Positions 41,505 through 51,810 are shown, numbered from the whole stretch's first letter. The stretch: DNA of 62,897 bases, filler included, from a bacterium (GCA_040757115.1; 4 parts of 4 records of this genome joined end to end with filler, not necessarily neighbours in it), one strand, 5' to 3'. The notes: a model not told the origin generated them from the letters alone. Translations and numbers: made by a program.

Positions 41505-41822
41505 TAGGGTTCTGCAAAACCAAGAAACTGTAGTTTTTAAGCGGGTATTTAAAACCTCTATTTTTATCAATTTCCTCCAAAAATGCAAAACTCGTGTATA
41601 GTTTATAGTTTATGGTTTATAGTTTATAGTCTATAGTCCTTCAACTATCAACTATCTACTATAAACTATCTACTATCTACTACATTTCAGCATTAAAATA
41701 CTTGAAGTCCTTTTTGAAATTTGATTTGTAATTTTGCATTTTGATATTTATATTTGATATTTAATATTTGATATTTGATATTTATTTGTTGTTTCCCCCA
41801 AATTCTATTTTGCAGAACCCTA
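41505..41822. mobile_element. MITE-like element (TAGGGTTCTGCAAAA TIR)
   Basis: Inverted ends TAGGGTTCTGCAAAA/TTTTGCAGAACCCTA; related copies at 58865-59220, ~39650-39860 (inverted) and from 60621. Confidence 0.8.
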
Positions 41823-41904
41823 ATTTAGTAATCAGTTATCGGTCATCAGGTAAATTAATCGGGGTTCGGGACTCGGGGTTCGGGAATTCTTTTATTTCCG
41901 AATC

Positions 41905-42708
41905 CTAATCCCCCCTTTTACTTGATGTAACCGCCTTCCAGATAGGTAGAATATCTTTGAGCAAATTTTCAAACTCTTTAAATGAGAGTTGAGTAGCCGC
42001 ATCGCATTGGGCTATTTCAGGTTGAGGGTGGACCTCAACGAATATTCCATCGAGTTTACAAGCAATGGCGGCACAGGCCAGGGTATTAACATATTCTTTT
42101 GCTCCACCTTTCTCAAGGTCAGCGGATGGCACACCATATTTTCGGATTGAATGACCCGCATCAAAAAACACAGGATAACCAAAAGATTTGAGTATAAAAA
42201 AAGACCTCGGGTCAACTACAAGGTCTCTATAACCAAAACAACTTCCTCTTTCAGTAATCATAATTTTATTGTTGCCAGTGCTTTCAATTTTTTTCACAAT
42301 TTTACCTACATCTTCAGGATGGAGAAATTGTCCTTTTTTGATATTAACTGGTTTGCCCACACTGGCGATTTTTAAAACAAGCTCGGTTTGCATACAAAGA
42401 TAAGCAGGTATCTGAAGAATATCCACTACATCGACTATTTCGCTGTCAATCTCATAAAGATTATGAAAATCGGTGATTAAACTTACTCCATATTTTTCTT
42501 TTAAATATTTAAATATCTTGATACTTTCTTCTAAATCAGGACCTGTATAATAATTATAACTTGAGCGATTATCTTTTTTAAACGAACTTTTGTAGATAAT
42601 TTCAAAATCGTATTCTTTTGAGAAATCTATTAATGCTTCGATCGTCTTTACCGAAGTATCAAGATTTTCCAGGATACAGTTACCGGCAATTATTTTTAAC
42701 TTTTTCAT
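41905..42708 (-). CDS. kdsA: KDO8P synthase family protein (divergent)
   Basis: IAGNCILE, KKDNRSS, TDFH, LQIPAYLC, NIKKGQF, TERG, FDAGHS, FVEVHP. Confidence 0.88.
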   Translation of the reverse strand: MKKLKIIAGNCILENLDTSVKTIEALIDFSKEYDFEIIYKSSFKKDNRSSYNYYTGPDLEESIKIFKYLKEKYGVSLITDFHNLYEIDSEIVDVVDILQIPAYLCMQTELVLKIASVGKPVNIKKGQFLHPEDVGKIVKKIESTGNNKIMITERGSCFGYRDLVVDPRSFFILKSFGYPVFFDAGHSIRKYGVPSADLEKGGAKEYVNTLACAAIACKLDGIFVEVHPQPEIAQCDAATQLSFKEFENLLKDILPIWKAVTSSKRGD

Positions 42709-42798
42709 TTAATTCCCTTTTAATTTGGTAAATGGTAATTGGTGAATGGTAATTAGTTACCATTTACTTGCTTTTAATTTCGTGAAATTCTATATTGA

Positions 42799-42828
42799 AT
42801 TATAGCATTTTAAGGACAAATTTGTCAA
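42799..42828 (-). promoter_or_regulatory. Sigma70 promoter of the kdsA operon
   Basis: TTGACA-18 bp-TATAAT with TG extension on the minus strand. Confidence 0.6.
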
Positions 42829-43041
42829 CAAACTTTTGCTTTTATCAGCAATTCTCATTATGACAGAAATTGTGTAAAAAAGGGGAAAGGGAAAAAATGG
42901 AGAAATGGAGAAGGTGATTAAAATTAGTCACGAATAATCCTAATAATCCTCTGTTTCGTGCTTATTCGTGTCCTCTTAGTGGTTATATTTTCTCCTCTTT
43001 CTCCCTATTCTCCAATTCTCCTTGCTTACACATTTTCATAA

Positions 43042-44751
43042 TTAGAATTGCTGTGCTTTTATTTTTTGAACCAGATTTTCAAGAGAGACAAAAATCTTTT
43101 CCTTTGTTTTTCTTAAACAGAGTTCAACCTCACCTGAAGATTTTGTTTTGGCACCAATGATAACTTGAACAGGAATACCAATTAAATCTGCATCAGTAAA
43201 TTTTCTCCCGGGTCGCTCATCACGGTCATCTAACAATACTTCTATGTTCTCGTTAAGCAGTAAATTATATATTTTTATGGCTAAATTTATTTGTTCGGAG
43301 TCACTAACATTAATTGGCAGGATTAAAACCTCATAAGGAGCGATATTTGGTTGCCAGATAATTCCTCTTTCATCATTGTTTTGTTCGATGTAAGCGGCAA
43401 TCATTCGACTTACTCCAATCCCATAACAGCCCATAATCATTGTTTTTTCCTGTCCTTTTTCATCTAAAAAGACCGCACCCATTGCCTCAGAATATTTAGT
43501 GCCTAACTTAAATGTATGTCCCAATTCAATCCCATAACTTATCTTTAGATGACCGTTACTACACCTTCCACAGGGGTCATTATCTTGAGCAATCTTAATA
43601 TCTTCAAATTTATCTATCTTAAAATCACGCTCAAAATTAGCATTTATGTAATGGGCATCTTTTTTATTTCCACCAACGACAAAATTTATCTTTGTCTGGA
43701 TGGAATAATCCGCAATGAGTGGCGTATCTTCCAGACCAACAGGTCCGGCAAATCCTACTGGTGCTTTTGTTACCCTTTCAATAGTCTCCGGGTCAGCCAA
43801 TACTAATTCTTTAACCCCAAGGACACTTCTTAATTTACTCTCATTGGCTTCCTCATCCCCGGGGATAAGCACTCCAATGACCTTATTGTCTGCCTTATAA
43901 ATCAAGGTTTTAACCAATTGAGCCGGGCTAACTTTCAGAAATCTACTTACATCTTCCACCGTTTTCATCTCTGGGGTATCAATTAATTTTAATTCTTCTA
44001 ACTTCTGACTTCTGAGTTCTGATTTTTGATTTCTTCCACACTCTGCCTTTTCAAGATTAGCCGCATAACCACACTTATCGCAACATACCATTCTTTCTTC
44101 ACCTGCAGGTGAAAAAGCCATAAATTCATGTGAGAAAGAACCTCCAATAAGTCCTGATTCTGCCTCAACTATTTGAAATTTTAGTCCACAGCGGGTAAAT
44201 ATTTTAGCATAGGCATTATAAAAATCCTGATATATTTCTTCTGCGGATTTATCATCCGGATGAAAAGAATAGGCATCTTTCATTAAAAATTCCCGACCGC
44301 GTATCATTCCAAATCTTGGTCTTGGTTCGTCTCGAAATTTAGTTTGAATCTGATAAAGAGAAAGAGGTAGTTGGCGATATGATTTTACCTCCCGACGGAC
44401 CAAATCCGTAATTATCTCTTCATGGGTCGGTCCAAGTCCAAATGGGCTTTTTTTACGGTCTGTTAGTTTAAACATATCATCTCCATACGCCGCCCATCGA
44501 CCTGTTTCTTCCCAGAGCGAAGCGGGATGAAGTGCGGGTAAAAGCACTTCTTGAGCACCAATCCTATTCATTTCTTCACGCACAATATTAATTATCTTAT
44601 TTAGCACTCTAAGACCTAAAGGTAAATAAGAATAAATGCCTGCCGCCAATTTTCTTATTAACCCGGCTCGTAACATCAATTTATGGCTGATAATCTCAGC
44701 ATCCTGTGGGTCTTGAAAAAGTGTATTTAGAAACAGTTTTGACATACGCAT
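43042..44751 (-). CDS. proS: Proline--tRNA ligase
   Basis: SHKLMLRAGLIR, GPTHEE, KFRDEPRPRFG, insertion (editing) domain, MGCYGIGVSR. Confidence 0.98.
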   Translation of the reverse strand: MRMSKLFLNTLFQDPQDAEIISHKLMLRAGLIRKLAAGIYSYLPLGLRVLNKIINIVREEMNRIGAQEVLLPALHPASLWEETGRWAAYGDDMFKLTDRKKSPFGLGPTHEEIITDLVRREVKSYRQLPLSLYQIQTKFRDEPRPRFGMIRGREFLMKDAYSFHPDDKSAEEIYQDFYNAYAKIFTRCGLKFQIVEAESGLIGGSFSHEFMAFSPAGEERMVCCDKCGYAANLEKAECGRNQKSELRSQKLEELKLIDTPEMKTVEDVSRFLKVSPAQLVKTLIYKADNKVIGVLIPGDEEANESKLRSVLGVKELVLADPETIERVTKAPVGFAGPVGLEDTPLIADYSIQTKINFVVGGNKKDAHYINANFERDFKIDKFEDIKIAQDNDPCGRCSNGHLKISYGIELGHTFKLGTKYSEAMGAVFLDEKGQEKTMIMGCYGIGVSRMIAAYIEQNNDERGIIWQPNIAPYEVLILPINVSDSEQINLAIKIYNLLLNENIEVLLDDRDERPGRKFTDADLIGIPVQVIIGAKTKSSGEVELCLRKTKEKIFVSLENLVQKIKAQQF

Positions 44752-44944
44752 TGATTTGTTACCTCCAAAATCTAAAATCTAAAGTAACTATTTACCCAAA
44801 TGAAGTGCAAGGTAATTGGTAATCAGGTAATCGGTAATCGGTAACAACCAATTGATCTTTTCCCTTTACCGATAACCTGATCACCGATAACTGATTACCT
44901 GAATTTCACTTCAGATGGCTAAAATGTTACAATCTAAAATTCCC

Positions 44945-46657
44945 TCAAATCTCCCTACTCGCTACCTTCTCTAATAGTTCTTCAGCATGTTTTAATGATG
45001 TGGGTGAGATTTCGTGTCCGTCTAAAAGAAGGGCTAATTCGTTCAGCCGGGCGGTTTTATCCAATTTGCGAACATAAGTTTGTGTTTTACTTCCTACAAC
45101 CTTTTTTTCAACATAGAGATGAATTTGGGCATAAGCGGCGATTTGAGGTAAGTGTGTAATGCAAATTACCTGCCGACTATGACTTATGTGTTTTAACTTT
45201 GCCCCGACTTTCTGCCCAATTGTTCCCCCAATCCCGGTATCTATCTCATCAAAGATAAGTGTTGGAATTTCATCTACCTGGGCTAAAATAGTTTTTATGG
45301 CTAACATCACCCGTGAAATCTCTCCACCTGAAGCAATATCGGCTAATGGTTTCAATGCCTCACCAACATTAGGAGAGATTAAAAATTCGATGAGGTCTGC
45401 ACCTGTTGAAGTTACCTTAACAGGCATACCATCAAGTTTAATCAAACTATCGCTTTGCTGTTTTGCCTCTATCTTTACTTCAAATTGTGCCTTTTTCATC
45501 CCTAAATCAGATAATTGGAGAATTATCTCATTGGCTAATTTATGGGCTACTTCTTTTCTTTTTTGCGATAACTTATTTATCTTTACCTCTAATAAAACGG
45601 TTATTTCCGCAAGTTGTTTCTTGAGATTGTCAATCTCTTCTTCATTATAGGTAATTGAATTTATCTGGGTAGTTATTTTCTCCTTGTATTCAAGGATGGC
45701 TGAAATTGTCCCTCCATATTTTCGTTTTAATTTACTCATCAAATCTAATCTTGATTCAATCTCTTCTAATTTAGCCGGGTCAAATTTAATCTTTTGAGTA
45801 TAATTATCTACCTGCCTGGTTAGTTCTTCTAATTGGTAGTAGAGATTTTGAGCCATCTGCAAGGGTTCTTTTAATGATGGGTCGAGTTCGGTTATTTCGG
45901 ATAACTTCTTTTGAACCTGATAGAAGTTGGCATTGATTGCCTCAGTGCCATAAAGCAGGTGATAGGTTTCTTGTGCCAGGATATGAAGTTTCTCTGCATT
46001 TCGCAGGATTTTTACCTCCTGTTCTAATTCTTCATCCTCCCCCGGGGTAAGGTTTGCCTGGTCGATTTCTTCATGCTCAAATTTTAACAAATCAAGTTGC
46101 CTGACTCTTTCCTGGTTCTCAAAAGAAAGTGTGTTTAATCGGTCAATTAGTGCCGTAAATTGTCTATAAATCTGGTTGACTTCTCTGCTTAATTCATTAA
46201 ATTCACCGTATTCATCCAACAGGTTTAATTGGGTATTTTGATTAAGTAAAGATTGATGTTGGTGTTGGCCATGAATATCGACTAAATTTTCTCCGAGCTG
46301 GGCTAACACATTTAGAGTAACTAACTTACCGTTAATTCGGCACAAGTGTTTTCCAGAGGATAAAATTTCCCGTTCAAGAAGGAGATTTTGGTCTGATAAT
46401 GGGATACCGTAGGTTTCTAAGAGATTTTTTATCACGGAGTTCTCTTTGATTTCAAATAAGGCAGAAATGACACTTTTTTCACTTCCAGTCCGAATGTAGT
46501 CAGTTTTTACCCGCTCACCTAAAACCGTATTAATGGCGTCAATAATGATGGTTTTGCCTGCCCCTGTTTCACCAGTAAAAATATTAAGTCCAGGAGAAAA
46601 CTCTATTTCTAAATCATCAATTAATACAAAATCTTTGATATGTAGTCGAGAAAGCAT
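44945..46657 (-). CDS. recN: DNA repair protein RecN
   Basis: TGETGAGKT, DIHGQH, ASGGEISR, IFDEIDTG, ITHLPQIA. Confidence 0.97.
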   Translation of the reverse strand: MLSRLHIKDFVLIDDLEIEFSPGLNIFTGETGAGKTIIIDAINTVLGERVKTDYIRTGSEKSVISALFEIKENSVIKNLLETYGIPLSDQNLLLEREILSSGKHLCRINGKLVTLNVLAQLGENLVDIHGQHQHQSLLNQNTQLNLLDEYGEFNELSREVNQIYRQFTALIDRLNTLSFENQERVRQLDLLKFEHEEIDQANLTPGEDEELEQEVKILRNAEKLHILAQETYHLLYGTEAINANFYQVQKKLSEITELDPSLKEPLQMAQNLYYQLEELTRQVDNYTQKIKFDPAKLEEIESRLDLMSKLKRKYGGTISAILEYKEKITTQINSITYNEEEIDNLKKQLAEITVLLEVKINKLSQKRKEVAHKLANEIILQLSDLGMKKAQFEVKIEAKQQSDSLIKLDGMPVKVTSTGADLIEFLISPNVGEALKPLADIASGGEISRVMLAIKTILAQVDEIPTLIFDEIDTGIGGTIGQKVGAKLKHISHSRQVICITHLPQIAAYAQIHLYVEKKVVGSKTQTYVRKLDKTARLNELALLLDGHEISPTSLKHAEELLEKVASREI

Positions 46658-46659
46658 AC

Positions 46660-47118
46660 TTAACCTTGATTTTCTTCCTTTAATGTTGTGGTCACAAGTT
46701 GTTTAGTTATTTTTAACCACTCCTGGTATTCTTTCCCTTTATTAGAAAGGAATTTTTTAATACTATCCCATCTAATATCAAGATACTGATGGGCTAAGAT
46801 ATATCTGAGTTTTGTGCCTTCGGCTAAATTCTGGGATAGATTATTTGAGATTAAACCCATTGTTGATAGATTCAAGAAATACTCTTTATAGGTATCCGGG
46901 ATTTCTTTATTTTCACTGACTAATATAATTTTAGCTATATCCAATGAAGCATTAACAATATTTTCTATACATCTTTCTAAACTCCGTCTTTTATTTCTAT
47001 CTTCTTGATAAGTTTTATAATCAAGGTCAAAAAAATTACTTAAATCACTTAATTCAATTTCCATAAAGTCGAAGATTTTTACTAATCTTTCAATATAAGA
47101 TTTTTTTATAGATGACAT
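46660..47118 (-). CDS. HepT-like (DUF86/HEPN) ribonuclease
   Basis: LERCIENIVNASLDIA, PDTYKE, Rx4H motif RYILAHQY. Confidence 0.85.
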   Translation of the reverse strand: MSSIKKSYIERLVKIFDFMEIELSDLSNFFDLDYKTYQEDRNKRRSLERCIENIVNASLDIAKIILVSENKEIPDTYKEYFLNLSTMGLISNNLSQNLAEGTKLRYILAHQYLDIRWDSIKKFLSNKGKEYQEWLKITKQLVTTTLKEENQG

Positions 47119-47260
47119 GCCTTCACCTCTTCCTTCATTTTCCAGGCATCAATGTTAAATTCTATTAAATCTTGTGCCTCCCATGAAACTTCTAAGAGAA
47201 AGTTTAAATAAAGTCGCTCATCTTTTATTATGAGTGGGATGCCTCTAATTGCCTCCCAGC
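47106..47260 (-). pseudogene. 3' fragment of the probable cognate nucleotidyltransferase antitoxin, interrupted
   Basis: WEAIRGIPLIIKDERLYLNFLLEVSWEAQDL overlapping the HEPN start; cut at ~47260 by a repeat element near the contig end. Confidence 0.55.
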
Positions 47261-47305
47261 TAGCCGAACGGTATTTAATTACCAGTTACCAATCACCAGT
47301 TACCA

Positions 47306-47405
47306 NNNNNNNNNNNNNNNNNNNNNNNNNNNNNNNNNNNNNNNNNNNNTTAATTAATTAANNNNNNNNNNNNNNNNNNNNNNNNNNNNNNNNNNNNNNN
47401 NNNNN
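47306..47405. other. Artificial contig spacer
   Basis: N44-TTAATTAATTAA-N44. Confidence 0.98.
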
Positions 47406-47654
47406 GGTGGTGTAACAAAAGGAGATGTGGAGATTAAGGAGATAGGGAGATATTATTAAAAAAATTGAAATTAATAGAAACTAATAGAAATTTATGGAAA
47501 TTTGTTGTTTTCCACAATCAATTTCTACCTATCTCTATAAATTTCAATCTATTTTTCTATTATCTTATCTCCATATCACTCTTATCTCCTTATCCCCTTT
47601 CTTACACTTTTGATATATAGCCTGAACGGTTACGATAAGAAAAGGAGAGGAACA

Positions 47655-50408
47655 ATGAATTTTAAATCTTATTTAGAAAATATTTTAAACGATGAAGAAA
47701 TTAATAAGTGGCAACGGCTTTACATTCCATTAAATGCGGAAGAGGTGCTTGAGGAATTATCTATTACGCCTGAAGTTGAGAAGAGGATATTAGAAAAAGC
47801 CTCAATAGAAGATAAAGATATTCTCCAATCTCGATTTAAAAGGAATAAATACGAGTTTAAAACCAAAGATATGATAACAGAATTGCTCGAAACAAAAGTC
47901 AGACGGGTGATTTTGATTGGAGAATCAGGCTCAGGAAAGACAACATTGCTTAAGTGGATTACTCTGGTATATGGACAGCAGGCTATTGAAGAAATCAATA
48001 CCACAGGTGATATTCTCAAATCTAAAATTCCGGTCTATATAGATTTAGCCACTTATCATAAAAAGATAGAGATAGATGGATTTTTACTCCAGTATTTAAA
48101 ATCTCATAATTTAGAATGTAGTTTTGAGGAATTAATTCCTGGTTTTGAATCAGGTAAATTCTTATTTTTGTTTGATGGATTAGACCTATTAGGAGTTAAA
48201 ACTGAAGATTTTGACCCAATTACTTCTATCCAGAAATTTATTAATAAATATCCCAAAAATATCTACCTTTTAAGTTGCCGTAAAGGGGTGCGTTATACCA
48301 ATTTTCCACCTACTTATAAAATAATAGAATTAGCCGAATTAACCAGGGAAAAGATTGCCGAATATCTGGCACATTATGTCAAAGATACAAGTAAAAAAGA
48401 TGAAATATTAGCCCAAATACAAAAATTGCCTCAGTTTGAAGAAACTACACCTCTAATGTTACTTTTAATCATTCCTGTATTTACTCGATTTAAAGAAATC
48501 CCAATAAATAAAACCCGGATTTATTCGCAGTATATCAATTGCTTATACGATTTGTTTGAAAAAATAGGACGACTAACTAATATAGAAAAAGAGTTAATAA
48601 ATGCTATCCTGAGTGAGTTAGGATTTGATTTGCAAGTAGATGATGAAACTGTTCTTGAGGAAGAGAAGGTTTTAGATATAATTGCCAATTTTATTATCAA
48701 GCATAAATATAATCGGCTGGCTAAAGATGAGATTTTAAAATTATGTAGTCAATTAGGATTTTTGAAGATGCAAGATGGGGAGGTAAAGTTTTTCTATCAA
48801 TCATTTCGTGAGTATTTCGCTTCATTGAAGTTAAAAGAGTTGTTTTTGGGAGGTGTAGATATTTCAGGGACTTTTACTCATCCTAAGTGGGAAGATGTCT
48901 TGACTTTCTTAAGTTCAAATCTCGAAGAGCCAGATGCCAGTAGATTAATTCAAGCAATTGTCAAAACTCCCTATGAGTTTCGTAATCCATTATTTGTTGC
49001 AGGTAAATGTCTTATAGGAAATATGGTAAAGGAAGATACCAGACAAGAAATTATTAATCAACTTTTAACTAATACAGTAGATAAATATTGGCATAATCAA
49101 CGAGAATCTATTTATCTCTTAACTCAGATTTTAGGTGAGGAAATAGCTTCAACGACAATAGAATCTTTGATTGAGCAATTAAAAGATGAAGATTGGATTC
49201 GAAGGGAGAAATCGGCTAAATCAATGGGTAGAATGTGCGGTAAAGAAGCAATCGCTCACATTAGACGGCTTTTAGAGGATGAAAATCCATCTGTTTATAA
49301 TGCCGCCTTTGAAGCCCTCATTGAAATAGAAAGAAGAGAAAAAGAAGATATCAAAATCGAACTGGAAGAGATTAAAGGGATAAAAGAAGTAGAAGAGATT
49401 CCGCCTCAACTATCTGAAATTACAGAAATTATACCTCAAGAAGAAGAAAGGAAGATAATTCCGACAGAGAATTTAACCCTGGTCTATATAAACCTGACTC
49501 GAGCCGTTGAAGGGCTGGGGATACAATTAGATGAAGCTAAATCAGTAATTATCAACCAGGTTTTTAATAATACCCTGAGACCTATTATAGAAACAGAACA
49601 TGGTGAAGTTGATGAAATGGAAGAAGAAGTAACCATTGCTACCTTTGATGGCCCAAAAGAGGCACTTTATGCTACGGTCAAAATGCAAAGTGCCATAGAT
49701 GAATATAACCTCCGTCAGCCTTCACGAAAGGTCTCTTTAAAACTTGCTGTATCGACTAAACACCATGGAGAATCAATAGATAGAGTGAAAATTTTAGCCA
49801 CTAAAATAGGTGAATTGACCAGAGCAGGACAAATATTAGTTATTGAAAATGCATACAAAGCCGTGCATGGTAAGGATAAGACAGTTAGATTTCGATATTA
49901 TGGCTCTCGAAAATTAGAAGGAGAGGAAAGCCAGAAACGTGGAATATATGAATTATTATGGCAAGGAGAAGAACATGCCTCAATGATTAAAGAATCAATT
50001 ATGGCGATTGAGTATTTAGAACAGGTTTCCGCATATAATATAACTAAAAATAAACCCATTATTGGTAAAATAAAAGTGGCAAGAACCTTTTTAAAAAGAT
50101 TAAAAGGACTAATGTTCGCTAAAGAGACACAACCTTTAGTCATAGAATTTGCGGCATCTTCTGGAATAAAATCCCCTATTCACACCTTTTTTGTGCAGTT
50201 CCCTATAGATGCTGTGTTTTTAGACCCCAATTTTAAGGTAGTAGATTTGATGGAAAATTTACCACCAGTTAAACTTGCCGACACAAGCACCTGGAAAATA
50301 TACACCCCAGATGCCCCAGCAAAATATGTCTTAGAACTCCCTCAAGGAACAATAAAAAATAATGGTATAGAGTTATCGGATATTATTATCTTTAAAGAAG
50401 GAATATAA
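47655..50408 (+). CDS. NACHT NTPase-HEAT repeat-cyclase-like-DUF192 fusion protein
   Basis: ILIGESGSGKTTLL, FLFDGLD, LLSCR, QSFREYFA, HEAT-like repeats, degenerate cyclase fold, DUF192 motifs RLKGLMF/IHTFFVQFPIDAVFLD/YVLELPQG; ATG at 47655 after SD AGGAGAGG. Confidence 0.85.
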   Translation: MNFKSYLENILNDEEINKWQRLYIPLNAEEVLEELSITPEVEKRILEKASIEDKDILQSRFKRNKYEFKTKDMITELLETKVRRVILIGESGSGKTTLLKWITLVYGQQAIEEINTTGDILKSKIPVYIDLATYHKKIEIDGFLLQYLKSHNLECSFEELIPGFESGKFLFLFDGLDLLGVKTEDFDPITSIQKFINKYPKNIYLLSCRKGVRYTNFPPTYKIIELAELTREKIAEYLAHYVKDTSKKDEILAQIQKLPQFEETTPLMLLLIIPVFTRFKEIPINKTRIYSQYINCLYDLFEKIGRLTNIEKELINAILSELGFDLQVDDETVLEEEKVLDIIANFIIKHKYNRLAKDEILKLCSQLGFLKMQDGEVKFFYQSFREYFASLKLKELFLGGVDISGTFTHPKWEDVLTFLSSNLEEPDASRLIQAIVKTPYEFRNPLFVAGKCLIGNMVKEDTRQEIINQLLTNTVDKYWHNQRESIYLLTQILGEEIASTTIESLIEQLKDEDWIRREKSAKSMGRMCGKEAIAHIRRLLEDENPSVYNAAFEALIEIERREKEDIKIELEEIKGIKEVEEIPPQLSEITEIIPQEEERKIIPTENLTLVYINLTRAVEGLGIQLDEAKSVIINQVFNNTLRPIIETEHGEVDEMEEEVTIATFDGPKEALYATVKMQSAIDEYNLRQPSRKVSLKLAVSTKHHGESIDRVKILATKIGELTRAGQILVIENAYKAVHGKDKTVRFRYYGSRKLEGEESQKRGIYELLWQGEEHASMIKESIMAIEYLEQVSAYNITKNKPIIGKIKVARTFLKRLKGLMFAKETQPLVIEFAASSGIKSPIHTFFVQFPIDAVFLDPNFKVVDLMENLPPVKLADTSTWKIYTPDAPAKYVLELPQGTIKNNGIELSDIIIFKEGI

Positions 50409-50768
50409 TCGTGTCCTATAGCAGTTATTAGTCAAAACTTTCCTCAGAGTGGATAAGTAAAAAATCCCAAATCCCAAGCACCAAATCTCAAATAAGCACC
50501 AAATTCCACATACCAAAAAGCGAATTAGAGATTAGTGAATTAGAGATTAGATTTTACTAATTCGCTAATTCGCTTAATTCACTAATTCACTAAATGGAAT
50601 TTGGAATTTGTGATTTGGAATTTCAGAGCCATATCTATGTCAAATTTCGATTAATAAGTGCTATCGCTCTCACCTTCTTAAGAGTTGATTAAGGGCGATA
50701 GTTTGCCTTTGCAGCATCTCCCACAAATGTTTTGCATTGTTATTTATATTATCCTCCTCCATGATTAC

Positions 50769-50860
50769 GCCTAACGGCTGAGCGTATCTGAAGTTCCGAG
50801 CGGAGCGAGGAATTTGGGCAAAGTGCCGAAGGCACGGAGCCAGATATGCGTCTGTTAGGC
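50769..50860 (-). mobile_element. Integron attC site
   Basis: GCCTAAC...GTTAGGC core sites with an imperfect inverted repeat (GCGTATCTG/CAGATATGC), 92 bp, just after the CDF gene stop. Confidence 0.8.
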
Positions 50861-50876
50861 GATGTTGGGGCATAAT

Positions 50877-51773
50877 TCATTTGCAGTGATTTATTTCTAT
50901 AGTTATATGCGCTAATCCATCAATTCCTTTTAATTTATTTTTATAAGCAATTATTGAGCAGGGATTCTTAGCAACAATGCTTAAAATACATGCATATTTG
51001 TTTTGTGCTACTCTCCAAAAATGTAAATCGCTAATTTTACTATCACCATCAGATTCTATTATTTCTGTTATTTCTTTAATGAGCGGAGAATCCATCTCTC
51101 TATCTAATAAAATGCCAGAGGTATCTTTAATAAGCATAAGTGTCCATCTAAATATTAAAAATGAACCAATTATTCCTACGAATGGATCAAGCCAATTCCA
51201 GTGATAATATTTCGTTCCGAGTAGAGCTATAATGGCAAATATGGAGGTTAATGCATCTGTAATGACATGGATATAGGCAGATTGTAAATTAAGGTCTTTT
51301 TCGTGATTGTGGTGAGCAGGGTTATATTGCAGTATTAGTGCGCTAACTATGTTTACTATTAAACCGACAAACGCCACTATTAATGCATAATCATAAATAA
51401 TTTCCATCGGTTTGAAAATTCGTTCAATAGATTTTCCTAAAACGAATAAACCAACTATTCCTAAAAGAACTGCATTTGTATAAGCACCTAATATTTCGAT
51501 TTTCCAGGTACCAAAAGCGAATCTTTTATCATTTGCATGTTTTCTCGCAAGAATGTATGCAATTAAAGAAATACTTAATGCAGTCGCATGTGTACTCATA
51601 TGCCATCCATCAGCAAACAGGGCCATAGAATTATAAACCCAACCCGCAATAATTTCAATTAACATTGTTGACAATGTTAAAAGAACAATAAAAAGCGTTC
51701 TTCGTTCAGTAGATTTTTTCTCTTGATTAAAGTAGTGATGATGTTGCCATCGCTGTATTTCTGTTAGATGCAT
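50877..51773 (-). CDS. dmeF: CDF family metal efflux transporter (DmeF-like), gene cassette
   Basis: SMALFADGWHMSTH, FAFGTWKIEILG, DLNLQSAYIHVITDALTS, ISDLHFW, HITIEI. Confidence 0.88.
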   Translation of the reverse strand: MHLTEIQRWQHHHYFNQEKKSTERRTLFIVLLTLSTMLIEIIAGWVYNSMALFADGWHMSTHATALSISLIAYILARKHANDKRFAFGTWKIEILGAYTNAVLLGIVGLFVLGKSIERIFKPMEIIYDYALIVAFVGLIVNIVSALILQYNPAHHNHEKDLNLQSAYIHVITDALTSIFAIIALLGTKYYHWNWLDPFVGIIGSFLIFRWTLMLIKDTSGILLDREMDSPLIKEITEIIESDGDSKISDLHFWRVAQNKYACILSIVAKNPCSIIAYKNKLKGIDGLAHITIEINHCK

Positions 51774-51810
51774 AACTTATTCCTTTTGAATGATCTTACG
51801 CCCCAATGTC

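Noticed and set aside
47610-47654. N-terminal extensions in the ORF track (also 23420, 33746, 34082)
   Set aside because: They derive from adjacent repeat elements; for 47610, 23420 and 34082 downstream ATGs have proper SD sequences, and 33746 is a repeat fused to the Fic remnant
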